A DNA stretch of 64,000 bases, from positions 124,001-188,000 of the forward strand of contig NIVC01000264.1 in assembly GCA_002269645.1 (NCBI GenBank), given 5' to 3'. The translations under genes and the position numbers were made by a program. The notes beneath the pieces were generated by a model, which saw nothing but the letters and a program-made list of their open reading frames with translations, did no database searches and had not been told where the DNA came from. Of the stretch, positions 34,373-57,752 are shown piece after piece (within the stretch, counting starts at the first letter, position 1; the number at the start of each line of letters is the position of its first letter). This stretch comes from Macrostomum lignano. Its lineage: Eukaryota.

Positions 34373-35077
34373 CAAAAGAACAGTCCGCATAAATTTTCCC
34401 TGAGCTCAAAGTGGAGCAGAATTTCGAGGATGCCGCCATTGCAGAAGGGAAGAAATTCAATTTGGATCCCCAAGCTGATGCTGGGGTTCCAAATCGCTTC
34501 ATCAGCGGCTCCCCCTGATCCGGACCAAAGGGACGTAACGGGAGGCTGAGCTGCCGCATCAGAGCCTCGTTAGGCGAGAATCCGCGTTCGCTGGGATCTG
34601 CGGGATCGCACGCGCTGGAGCAGCCGGCCCTCTGAGAGCCGCAGATCCGATTGGCATCGGGCTTTGCATCTAATATCATCAGGCCATTGCACCCTCTTCC
34701 GAGGCTCTGGTCTCTCGTTATCTCCATCCCCTGTGGGCCAGCCCAGCGGGGGGTCTGCGCGAGACAAAAAACACACTAATGCTGAGCAGCAAGGCTCTCG
34801 GCCGGCTCCACGCTCTTGTCTTTCACATTTTTGCTATTCATTTTGAGCAGTTCAGTTCGTAGCAGAGCCTCATTAGCCCTGACCTGAGTGGACTTGAGTC
34901 TCGGTTTTCCTACGGAAACTTTTACGGGTTAAACTAGCTCTTGATCAGCAGGTTGCTTGGCACTTCGTGCTCCAAACAATGCACTGCTCTCGTCATGCGA
35001 TGCTTGAAACCAGTTGCTCCAACCTTGAGGACAAGTTACTCAGTAGCCTCTTTAACCTTCCAGATCCTTGATACTGA

Positions 35078-35732
35078 ACTGTTCACTCAGTCACTCCGAC
35101 TGTTCACTCAGTCACTTCGACTGTTCACTCAGTCACTCCGACTGTTCACTCAGTCACTCCGACTGTTCACTCAGTCACTCCGACTGTTCACTCAGTCACT
35201 CCGACTGTTCAATCGGTCACTCCAACAGTTCACTCAGTCACACCAGGTGTTCACTCAGTCACTCTAACTGTGAATCAGTCACCCCAGCTGTGAATCAGTC
35301 ACCCCCAACTGTGAATCAGTCACTCCAACTGTGAATCAGTCACTCTAGCTGTGAATCAGTCACCCCCAACTGTGAATCAGTCACCTCCAACTGTGAATCA
35401 GTCACCCCAGCTGTGAATCAGTCACCCCCAACTGTGAATCAGTCACCCCAGCTGTGAATCAGTCACCCCAGCTGTGAATCAGTCACCTCCAACTGTGAAT
35501 CAGTCACTCCAGCTGTGAATCAGGCACTCCAACTGTGAATCAGTCACCCCAGCTGTGAATCAGTCACCCCCAACTGTGAATCAGTCACTCCAACTGTGAA
35601 TCAGTCACTCTAGCTGTGAATCAGTCACTCCAACTGTGAATCAGTCACTCTAACTGTGAATCAGTCACTCTAGCTGTGAATCAGTCACTCCAGCTGTGAA
35701 TCAGTCACTCCAGCTGTGAATCAGTCACTCCA
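35078..35732. repeat. ~21-bp compound minisatellite (CTGTTCACTCAGTCACTCCGA changing to CTGTGAATCAGTCACTCCAG) just upstream of the protocadherin ectodomain exon
   Basis: Tandem units with a unit switch at ~35270. Confidence 0.93.
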
Positions 35733-35750
35733 ATCCCTCAATGCCAGCAG

Positions 35751-48163
<12,413 letters not shown>

Positions 48164-49328
48164 CCGCCCTGCCCTGCACTCTGAGCGCGCAGTTTACTTG
48201 TACAAAGTATACGTTTCGTTGTTTTAATGCTTTTCTGAATTGCGTAATTTGATTGGAGAATTCCAATTGGTTAATGACATGATAGCTTCTGATTGGCTGC
48301 ATGGACTGGGCACTCGAGATGTAGAGTAGCTTCTGATTGGCTGAATGGTCAGATCCGATATCGCTTTTGATTGGCTACTTTGTCTACTTTTAATACACTA
48401 ATCAATCAATGCTTATTACAGTGTACATATGCCTTCCCTGCTTACCAAAATTTTATACCAAGTAACTGTAGTACTTACTGCATGCTACAATAGAAGAAAA
48501 ATCAAATTGTCAAATAAAAAATTGGCGTTTCTAAAAGGGAGTCTGCTGTCTGACAAAGTCAACTGACACTGACTGTCTAGTCTGTACTTGGGACCGCATA
48601 GCATTCGGATGAATTCGATTGTATTCGCTCCGTTTATCCAACTACTAAAGCCAGACAAAAGGCAGGCAGAGAGATAAGCAGACGGCGATCCTCGCCATGA
48701 CCTGGCCGAGTCTGGTTGCTGTCCCGGCCTTGCGCAATTTGACCGATTATCAGGAGCAGACTGTGTATGACTAAACAGCTTCCAGCCCCCAATGTCCTGC
48801 CGGATATCTACTGAACCATATCGCTGCAGGAACTGCATGGGAGCAACCACTTGAAACCGACGGAGGCACCGGCTTCATTAATGCTTGCTAAGTTTTATCC
48901 AGCCTCCCGTGTGCCTCCTCTCTGTCCAGTCTCCCACTCCATCAGGCGCACAAGTAAAATGAATCTGTTTGACCGAAGAGACCCCTAGTGGACCGCCACG
49001 GTGCTTCGGTCACTCGCAAATTTCTCCTGCAAAACACCTACTAGCCTACTGTAAGTGATACGCATACGAGTTGAAGAGTTTTCCGATCAAACCGATTACA
49101 GTAGGTTTTATAAGAATAGAAAAATCAGGAATATGATTATCAAATATATTATTAGCAGTGAAAACTGGTTGCAAGAAACAAAGTCGTTTAGCGCAGACAA
49201 AAATATTTTTCACACTGTACGAGTTGACTGCTGTCTGTGCTGATCTGATCTCGTGTGTTAAAATTCGTTGGTGAATCGTCACTGGGGAGGGTACACTGGG
49301 GATAGAAAAGCAAACCTCAACCTTGCAG

Positions 49329-49575
49329 CTCGCTAAGCCAATCAGCGAGCAGAATGACCGTCCAAGTGTACACTGGGGATAGAGATGCAAATCTATCTAA
49401 CCCTCGCTAAACCAATCAGCGAGCAGAATGACCGTTCAAGTGTACACTGGGGATAGAGATGCAAATCTATCTAACAGTCGCTAAACCAATCAGCGAGCAA
49501 AATGACCGTCCAAGTGTACACTGAGGATAGAGATGCAAATCTATCTAACCCTCGCTAAACCAATCAGTGAGCAGA
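49329..49575. repeat. 74-bp tandem repeat x3.3, each unit with CCAATCAG and ATGCAAAT
   Basis: CTCGCTAA recurs at 49329 and 49403, with later copies at the same spacing. Confidence 0.9.
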
Positions 49576-49877
49576 ATGGCATTAAGTGAGAAGCGCTCTT
49601 CTAAACCAGGTACCACTCAGAAAAGACACATTCCAGTTGCATGATTATCAACTCACGGACAAAAAGCGAAGGAAACTCGGATCGTAAACTTACATTACAG
49701 TTTAGAGTAAAAGCAGAATCATGAAAATATTCGCTAAAACAAATACAGCTAAGCTACCAGTAACGCGTATTTGTACCTAACTGATTGAATAATAAAAAAT
49801 CAGCTTAAAAAGTAAAGCACTGTTATTAATGACTGTCGTGTTGCCCTAGTTCGTTCTATCGAAAAGTTCAGGCTGGA

Positions 49878-51690
49878 TTATTCCTTCGGCTGGTTGATGC
49901 GGCCGGCAAACAGCACACTGTTCGTGGCCTCATCCTTGATCAGCACCAGGAATGGCTCGGTGACAAAGAACGGCATCATCATTGGCATGCTGAAGCAGGC
50001 GATGGCAACGGCGGTGACCGCAGCGGCCTCGGCGCCCTCCTCGTTCACCTCCAGGCAGGCCTTGTGCACCACCTTGGACACGAACAGGTTCTCGGCGGTG
50101 CTGATACCGCTCAGGTCGGCGTGGCCGCGCTCGAACAGGCGCTTCACGCCCATGGCCGGCAGGTACTGGGAGTCGCTCAGCGAGAACTGCGTCTCCACCT
50201 GCAGAGGCAAATTTTATTTTATTTGGTTATTCCTCTAGATCGATAAGTTTACGCATAAAATTCCCACTGAGCCAGTGGGTCAGGTTTGTTATTCTGGGTC
50301 AGGCTAGGGTCATTCTTTATGTATTTCTAGGTCAGACAAGGTCATTCTGGGTCAGGCTAGGGTCACTCTTCATGTATTTCTAGGTCAGACAAGGTCATTC
50401 TGGGTCAGGCTAGGGTTATTCTTTATGTATTTCTAGGTCAGACAAGGTCATTCTGGGTCAGGCTAGGGTCATTCTACATGTATTTCTAGGTCAGACAAGG
50501 TCATTCTGGGTCAGGCTAGGGTCATTCTACATGTATTTCTAGGTCAGACAAGGTCATTCTGGGTCAGGCTAGGGTTATTCTTTATGTATTTCTAGGTCAG
50601 ACAAGGTCATTCTGGGTCAGGCTAGGGTTATTCTTTATGTATTTCTAGGTCAGACAAGGTCATTCTGGGTCAGGCTAGGGTCACTCTAGTTCAGGTTAAG
50701 CAGCACCGACAAAAGCAACCCACCTTGAACCTGGGCAGGTGCAGGTCGACCTCCTGCTCAGTGGCGGAGCCAGCCAGAGCCAGGATGTCCTCCAGACTGC
50801 CAACAGCTTGGAGAGCGGCGGACAGACCGTGGCGCTCAAACGGCAGCACGATGAGCATGCTGCAGCTGCCGCCGGCGAACGGCAGCTGGACAATTCTCAG
50901 ACCGCGACCTTCGGCGTAGGGAAACTGCTGCGTCTGCTGCATCATCCGAATGGGAGACTGGCTGCCTGGCGCCGACTCGAATTGTCCGTCGTAGGTGCTC
51001 TCCGGGTTGAAGGTGTGCTTCCAGTCGCCCTTAAAATAGATGGCGTTCACCAGCACTAGGCGAGTGTTGGAGTCCAGGGAGCCTCTGTCGGGTACAATAG
51101 TTAATGCGAGCGCAGTTGTAAAGTGCATTTAGAGTACTAATAAGCTGACGAGGCAAATTTCGTCTATTACTCGAATACTTTATTATCCCTTTTTAACGCA
51201 AAAGAAACCCACAAAACAATAGCATTTTTTTCTGGCCTTACTGAGCGAGCAGCTCCCTGATCTTGCTGCTGGTCTGCTGCTCCACCCACTGGTTGATGGC
51301 CTCTCTAGCAGCTTCGCACTGCTGCTTGAAGTCTACACTGCCCAGCTTGGCTCCGTAGCTCTTGGCCAGGGTGCCGCTGAACTCCGCCTCGATGGCGAAG
51401 CTTCTCTCCGCGAACAGCCGGTTGGCCACCGCCAGCTTCACGCCCTGACGTCCGCTGTTCAGCGCCGAGATCAGCCGGCCCATGTCCGAGTGCGGAGACT
51501 TCAGCTGGCTCAGGTGCAGAGCCTGCGACAGCTCCGCCTCGGTCTCGGTCTTGGCTCCGGCCAGGGTCATGGCGAGGGCCACCTGCACAGAGGCTGGCGA
51601 CAGAAACACATTCTCAGACTTGTGCTGCTCGATCACCTGGTTCAGCAGCGACCAGGCGAAGCGGACGGCGCTCTCGGTTAGGCTGGACAT
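49878..51690 (-). CDS. Intracellular serpin A (no signal peptide; loop EEGAEAAAVTAVAIACF-SMP), 3 coding exons
   Basis: Exons 51690-51242, 51084-50724, 50198-49878; phases match. Serpin motifs: NVFLSPASV, VANRLF, INQWVEQQTSSKIRELL, LVNAIYFKGDW, LHLPRF, VSKVVHKACLEVNEEG, PFLVLI..VLFAGRI. Confidence 0.95.
50285..50690. repeat. 53-bp tandem repeat, ~8 copies, in serpin A intron 2
   Basis: ATTCTGGGTCAGGCTAGGG recurs every 53 bp. Confidence 0.95.
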
Positions 51691-52791
51691 TCTCGGGATT
51701 GCTGCTGAGAAGGGGGACGCTCTGAGCTTTAAAAAGGCGATTGTTTAAGAAGATTTTTTAACAAGTGGAGAACCGCACCTACAGAGAGGCTACATATATG
51801 TGTTGCCTAATGCCTATAACCAGACCACGCATACGACACGACGCCAAGTCTGACTTGGTCCAGTCCAGTCCAGATTAGATATGCGGCGCCGCCCATGCCT
51901 TCAAAAAAAACACAGTTATCCCTCCCTAGTCAAGTCAAGACAGTGCCAGGGCGAATGGAAAGAAAATGGGGGTTGGGGTTTCGGGTAGAAGGAAAGATAA
52001 GCGAGGCGCAAAGGCTTGGTTGGGTTGGCTGGGCTGGGGTGGGGCACACACGCCCGCCCCGTACACGGGAAATGTACATTGAGGCCGAATAGCCAACCCC
52101 CCACTATACGATTCCACTCCTCCACTTTGCTAACACTGGCTGGACAATTTTAGTCTTAACCCTATACTACGGTTGGGCGGCCCGTTAGAAAAGCCAGCTG
52201 GGACAACAGCAAATGAAATGAATTGAATGCCAATTTAAAGTCGCGTCTATTTGTCTGCCAGCTAGGTGACCATGCGCCTGCCTGCTTTCAAGGGTCTCTT
52301 TCATTTTAAAAGAAGGCAATAAAATAAATTCTTACGAGTACGGAGTACCCATAATGACCAGTCATTTCATTTCACCCCGACCCCAGTGGAGATGATTAAT
52401 TGCTTAATACTAACATTTATCTCAGTCTCTCCGAATTTCGAAACACCGTCAGAGAAAGTAATAAGTTAAAGTACTCGAACAGATTGAGCAAACAGAAGGC
52501 AGCTGATTCTGCCTAATCTCTGCTGCTATTCTTTGTCGCCACCTGTGTATTTAAACTGTAAAATACAGCAAAATATGAGACTATATATAATACGTTTCTT
52601 TATGCACCATTGTTTAAACGTTATGAATATGAATTACTAGCTCGTAGCTACTTCAGTATCTTATTCAGTTGTTTAGAAAACGGTATATTTAAATTTTACG
52701 GTGTGAAGTCAACACCACACCGTCAGCTAATGAGCGATTGCCAAATCTCTAACGCTACAGTTTCAAATGGCAAAGTGTACTTAAGTTTAGC

Positions 52792-55700
52792 TTATTCGCT
52801 TGGCTGAGTAATTCTACCAGCAAACAGCACACAGCCCGTGCTTCTGTCCAAGATCAACACCAAGAAAGGTTCATTAACATTGAAGGTCACGCTGTCATCC
52901 TCCAGTTTCGCGCAGTCTACAACACAAGTGGCGGTGGCTGCAGCAGCCTCGGCGCCCTCCTCGTTCACCTCCAGGCAGGCCTTGTGAACCACCTTGGACA
53001 CGAACAGGTCCCTGGAAGACTTGCTGATACCGCTGAGGTCAGCGCAGCCCTCCGTGAACAGGCGCTTCACACCCATGGCTGGCAAGTACTGGGGATCGCT
53101 CAATGTAAACTGCGTTTCCACCTGCAAAGGAGAGGAAGGATTGGTTGCAGATGTGAGCTTGGCTTGGACTGGGCCAAATCTGGTTACGATGTGTCGGAAT
53201 CGGTCATTAACGATCATACCGCTGGGTCATGAAGTAGGCTAAATGCATACTGAACTTTGGGTGAATTGGATTTGATCTATTCAGGGTACATTACATCAAT
53301 TTACGATGATAGCAGCATTACGGATACTTGCTTATATAAGCTATTTTTCGGTAAGTTCTGTACACTCACTAGCTAATAAAGGCACTATCAATTGTAGGTA
53401 GCTGTTATGTGATCCAATTACATGTATGTTGCGATAAAATCGTGGTTGTAACCATGCACGAGGGGAGATGTAACTCGCTTCTTTAGGAGTATTGGCATTT
53501 TATTTTACGTAGAAACTAGTAAATATTTGTAAGTAAGTACTCATAAGTATTAAAGCAGTAAAAAGTTCATAGTGCACCATATGAGCATGAACAAGGATCC
53601 TGGTTTTGTACAGGTCAGTAAGACTGGAGTAAGACCGTCATTGGCCACAAGGAAAAATCTTATTGCTCTTCTGCCAGACCGAGTCCCGCTGCAACGCCTC
53701 AATCGGATGCCACAAAGACCCGGTGACTCTCTCGTGCGGCCTGCTGCAGATCAAAAGCACCTACTGGATTGACGCCTCAGACTTGCCGGAAAACCTATTA
53801 GAGGAGGTCTGCGTAATTTATGAGTCTATAACATTCCGACCATAAACCCTGACCCAAACCTAAATTGTCGGCAGTCAAATGGCTGGTAGTCAAATGCTTG
53901 ACAGTCACATATCGGGCTCCTGCAGTCTATAGGACTTAAATAATTCATTTTAATATCCATATCCTTGCTCCGTTCTTATTCCCAAACCAAACCAGACTGG
54001 ATGACCTGCACTACTGGGTTACAGAGTCTGCTTGTGCTCTGCTATATGGCAAGGTATGGCAAATATTGCTCAGGCGGAAGACAGCCAACCGATGAGTTGA
54101 AGAAAATGGCTCTTTGTTCAAGTGTGTTCGACAGACGGTGTGTTTGACCATTTGTGCAAAGCTTCTTTATGGGTTTAAAGATACATTTAGCTACGGGTCC
54201 ATCGATGAAGAAATGTCGCTTTAGCACAACCGCTGAATTCACAGGACTATGCTCGCGTTCACAATGGCGGTCCACTAGGTAAGACAAGAACACCTCACTA
54301 ATGTGAATTCAGTGGTTGTGTTAAAGTGACATTGCTTCATCGATGGCTACTGGAAGAAGAAATGTTTAAGAATTCGTCTGCCTTGTGTGTATATGAACAC
54401 TTGGCGTCGCAAGTATCAGTTTGATGTGCCCTCTCTGCAATTTAAGATGCACTCTCGGTCTGCCGATTCAATAGAATCATGCAACTCTCGCCTGCTGCTG
54501 CAGCCTGATGATTCTTATTTAAGTTGCTTATTAGTTAGTCTTTACAATTCAAACCCTTAATTTTCTCGGTAGCAAACAAATACAACAAATGCTCCTATGT
54601 AACGAAAGGCTTCCTTGTTAGAACGAAAGACCTCCGTTCCTTGTCTGCTCCGGCCCTGCCGTTGTTGACCCTGCAGCTTTAGCCCTCCCCTCGATAGAAT
54701 TGAGTCTCATCAGCTCAGTCGAGTAAGGTTGAGTTGATCTGAATAAACAGCTTCACTAAATAACTGACTAAATTTTATCGGGCGGACGTCATTAGAAGCA
54801 CGCGTGTGTTGCCTTTGCGTTCGTTCTTTGGGACAGACCAGCCATTTGGAACGGACAGACCTGTGCGTTCGTGCGACCCTGGTTGTCGGCCTTACTGCCA
54901 GCATGTGTAGTGCGAAATTTTGAACCTCACTAATCATTCAGAGCGCGGACAAAGCCGGCTGGTCCATCTCGGGACACAATTTCGTTGTATAGATCATAAA
55001 GTCAACCAGAAACACTCACCTTGAATCGAGGCAGGTGTAAGTCAACCTCTCGCGCCATAGCCTGACGCGCCAACTCCAAGATGTTGTCTAACCGAGCTTC
55101 AGACTTTAGAGCCGCGTCCAGCTGGTGCCGCTCCTGCGGCAGGACTATTACCATGCTGCAGCTGTCACCAGCGAACGGCAGCTGGACAAGACGCAATCCG
55201 CGACCTTCAGTGTAGAGAAAATCGCGTTTGTTCTGCATCATCCGCACGGGAGACTGGCTGCCCGGCACCGACTCGAACTGTCCATCGTAGGTGTCATCTC
55301 GGTCGAAGGGGTCCATCCAGTCGCCTTTGAAATAGATAGCGTTCACCAGCACAAAGCGAGTGTTGGTATCGAGAGAACCTCTGAAAGTGTTACATTGTTA
55401 GCTATCTGTGATTAATTGAACCTACTTAAAAAGTTTTAAAAGCAAAAAACGTTAACTTACTGCATACTACTCAAGTTAATAGCTTGAAAGACGTAATCAA
55501 GTTTTTTAAAGCATTTAAAAAAATCTTTACTGAATACACAGCCGTATTGAGAATATTATGTGGTTTTTGTATACAGTACGAAGTCGTGTCCTAAAGATTG
55601 AAGTAACATGAAGGAGACATTGATTTACCTATTAGCTATTAGCTTAGCTAGCTTAGCTTAGCATTAGCTATTTACGGCTACAAGACCAATCTAACTGAGA

Positions 55701-56195
55701 CGTTCTAAATCCAAGAGGTTAAATTTTCTAGCTTAGCTTAACTCACCGTGCGAGCAGCTCCCGGATCTTGCTGCTGGTCTGCTGCTCCACCCACTGGTTG
55801 ATGGCCTCTCTAGCAGCTTCGCACTGCTGCTTGAAGTCCACACTGCCCAGCTCGGCTCCGTAGCTCTTGTCCAGGGTGCCGCTGAACTCCGCCTCGATGG
55901 CGAAGCTTCTCTCCGCGAACAGCCGGTTGGCCACCGCCAGCTTCACGCCCTGACGTCCGCTGTTCATCGCCGAGATCAGCCGGCCCATGTCCGAGTGCGG
56001 AGACTTCAGCTGGCTCAGGTGCAGAGCCTGCGACAGCTCCGCCTCGGTCTCGGTCTTGGCTCCGGCCAGGGTCATGGCGAGGGCCACCTGCACAGAGGCT
56101 GGCGACAGAAACACATTCTCAGACTTGTGCTGCTCGATCACCTGGTTCAGCAGCGACCAGGCGAAGCGGACGGCGCTCTCGGTTAGGCTGGACAT
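52792..56195 (-). CDS. Intracellular serpin B (loop EEGAEAAAATATCVVD-CAK), 3 coding exons
   Basis: Exons 56195-55747, 55380-55020, 53121-52792. Intron positions and phases are the same as serpin A, with the full set of serpin motifs. Confidence 0.95.
54199..54346. other. 45-bp inverted repeat with a 58-nt spacer in serpin B intron 2
   Basis: 54199-54243 versus 54302-54346: 41 of 45 positions are Watson-Crick complementary. Confidence 0.85.
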
Positions 56196-57379
56196 TCTCG
56201 GGATTGCAGTTTCTGCTGAAATGCACCGAGAAAATACAGTCAGTACAGCAGTCTTCGAAAATCGAAATTTCCGAAAATCACAAATGTACTTTCAACAGTT
56301 GCCCTATCCATGGCCATGCACTTTATCATACCCATTGTATCGCATCTCAGTAACAAATAGGCAACTAGCTACTGGTTCCCTTGTTGGTCCCACTTACATT
56401 AAGTTATGAAACCATTATGGAGTATTCCATTTTTTAAACAACAGATATCCTTTGGGGTATCCCTTAACCAACACCAAGTCTGTTTTAATCAACACAAAGT
56501 TCTAAGAAATTCGTCTATAAGTTCCCTGCACTTGTTGCTACTCGTAAACGACTTTGTTGGTCGTAAATTTTCGGAAAGCAGTCTTCAGTAAAATTTATTC
56601 ATCGCTGACTTCATTCGTACACGGAATCATTATCAAGCATAGCTGCATGTCACCAGATGCATGAGTTCAGTTTCTAGTAGTTCACAAAGCTAATTCACGC
56701 TCTTAATGCATTCGATGCGCACTGAATCTTAATGCATGGCGTTACACGTACGCGGCAGCTTTCAATCGAAGCGTTTTGCTCAGTCGTTGCTTTTTTGGCT
56801 TATTAGACATCAAATACTATGACACCAATTGTGCATTGTTCTCACACTCTTGCTCGCCCTGACGCATTTAAAGTGAGACATTTCGGTTTGGCGTTTGGCA
56901 CCTTTGCGTGTATCCGCTTCAGGTCTATATACAAAAGTAATTAACTGGAAAGTCGATCTGTTGTTGAGTTCTGCTGATTTTTTGTTAATGAAGCAATTTG
57001 ACTTCGAGTAGCAAAATGGCTGCCCCCTTCACTACAGGGATACAGTGTCTGCCCGGCCATATTCCCGATTTCCAATGCACGTTGAATCACGCTGATCTGT
57101 GAGTGAACACTGACTATTTTATCGGTTCTCAAATTGTATGTCGTGTTTCTCAACGCCCAAAATCTGGACTAACGTGACTTAGCAAATTATTAAAAGTTTT
57201 CTTACGATGCTGTAGCTAAAACCAAGACAAGGCGCCAAGCATGCAAAGGCGCCAAAATGCTAAATAGGTAACAAACAAAATGGGCACCGAAATGCCTGGT
57301 AACCGATGTTTTCGACTCAAACCCTGATGCTGAGTACTTCCGATATACAATCTACCGCAATAGTACATTGTTTAGTCAA

Positions 57380-57752
57380 GGACTACTCAAGTTGAGTCAA
57401 GTATGAATAGTACAAAAGTCTAGGATGCAGGTTTTACCGAAAATACAGTAAAAATACAGGAGAATAGAGGTTTTCATTTTTTCAGCACAAAATTTGTTAT
57501 TGCTTTTGATAGAAGGTAGACCCAATGCTTATCTTTTGATATGTCTTGCCTTTTAGTACATGTTGGGTGCCTAAAAATCATTTAAATGGCACAGCTTGAC
57601 TCATGGGTTTCATGAATATATTTTGTCATTCTTATTTGACTGTGCAATAAAATGTGTAACAGAGCGATAAAATGGATTCTTAAAAAAACCAATGAATCGA
57701 GCTGTGCCATTCTTTATGAAAATGAAAAGCCGTCCTTCTACTTGAGTGGTCC
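57380..57752. mobile_element. Possible degenerate MITE with nested inverted repeats
   Basis: GACTACTCAAGT (~57382) pairs with ACTTGAGTGGTC (~57740). AATGGCACAGCTTGACTCATGGG (~57585) pairs with CCAATGAATCGAGCTGTGCCATT (~57689). Confidence 0.45.

Noticed and set aside
54200-54212. CATCGATGAAGA resembling the conserved 5.8S rRNA motif
   Set aside because: The match is ~12 nt, the flanks are not rRNA-like, and it is one arm of an inverted repeat.
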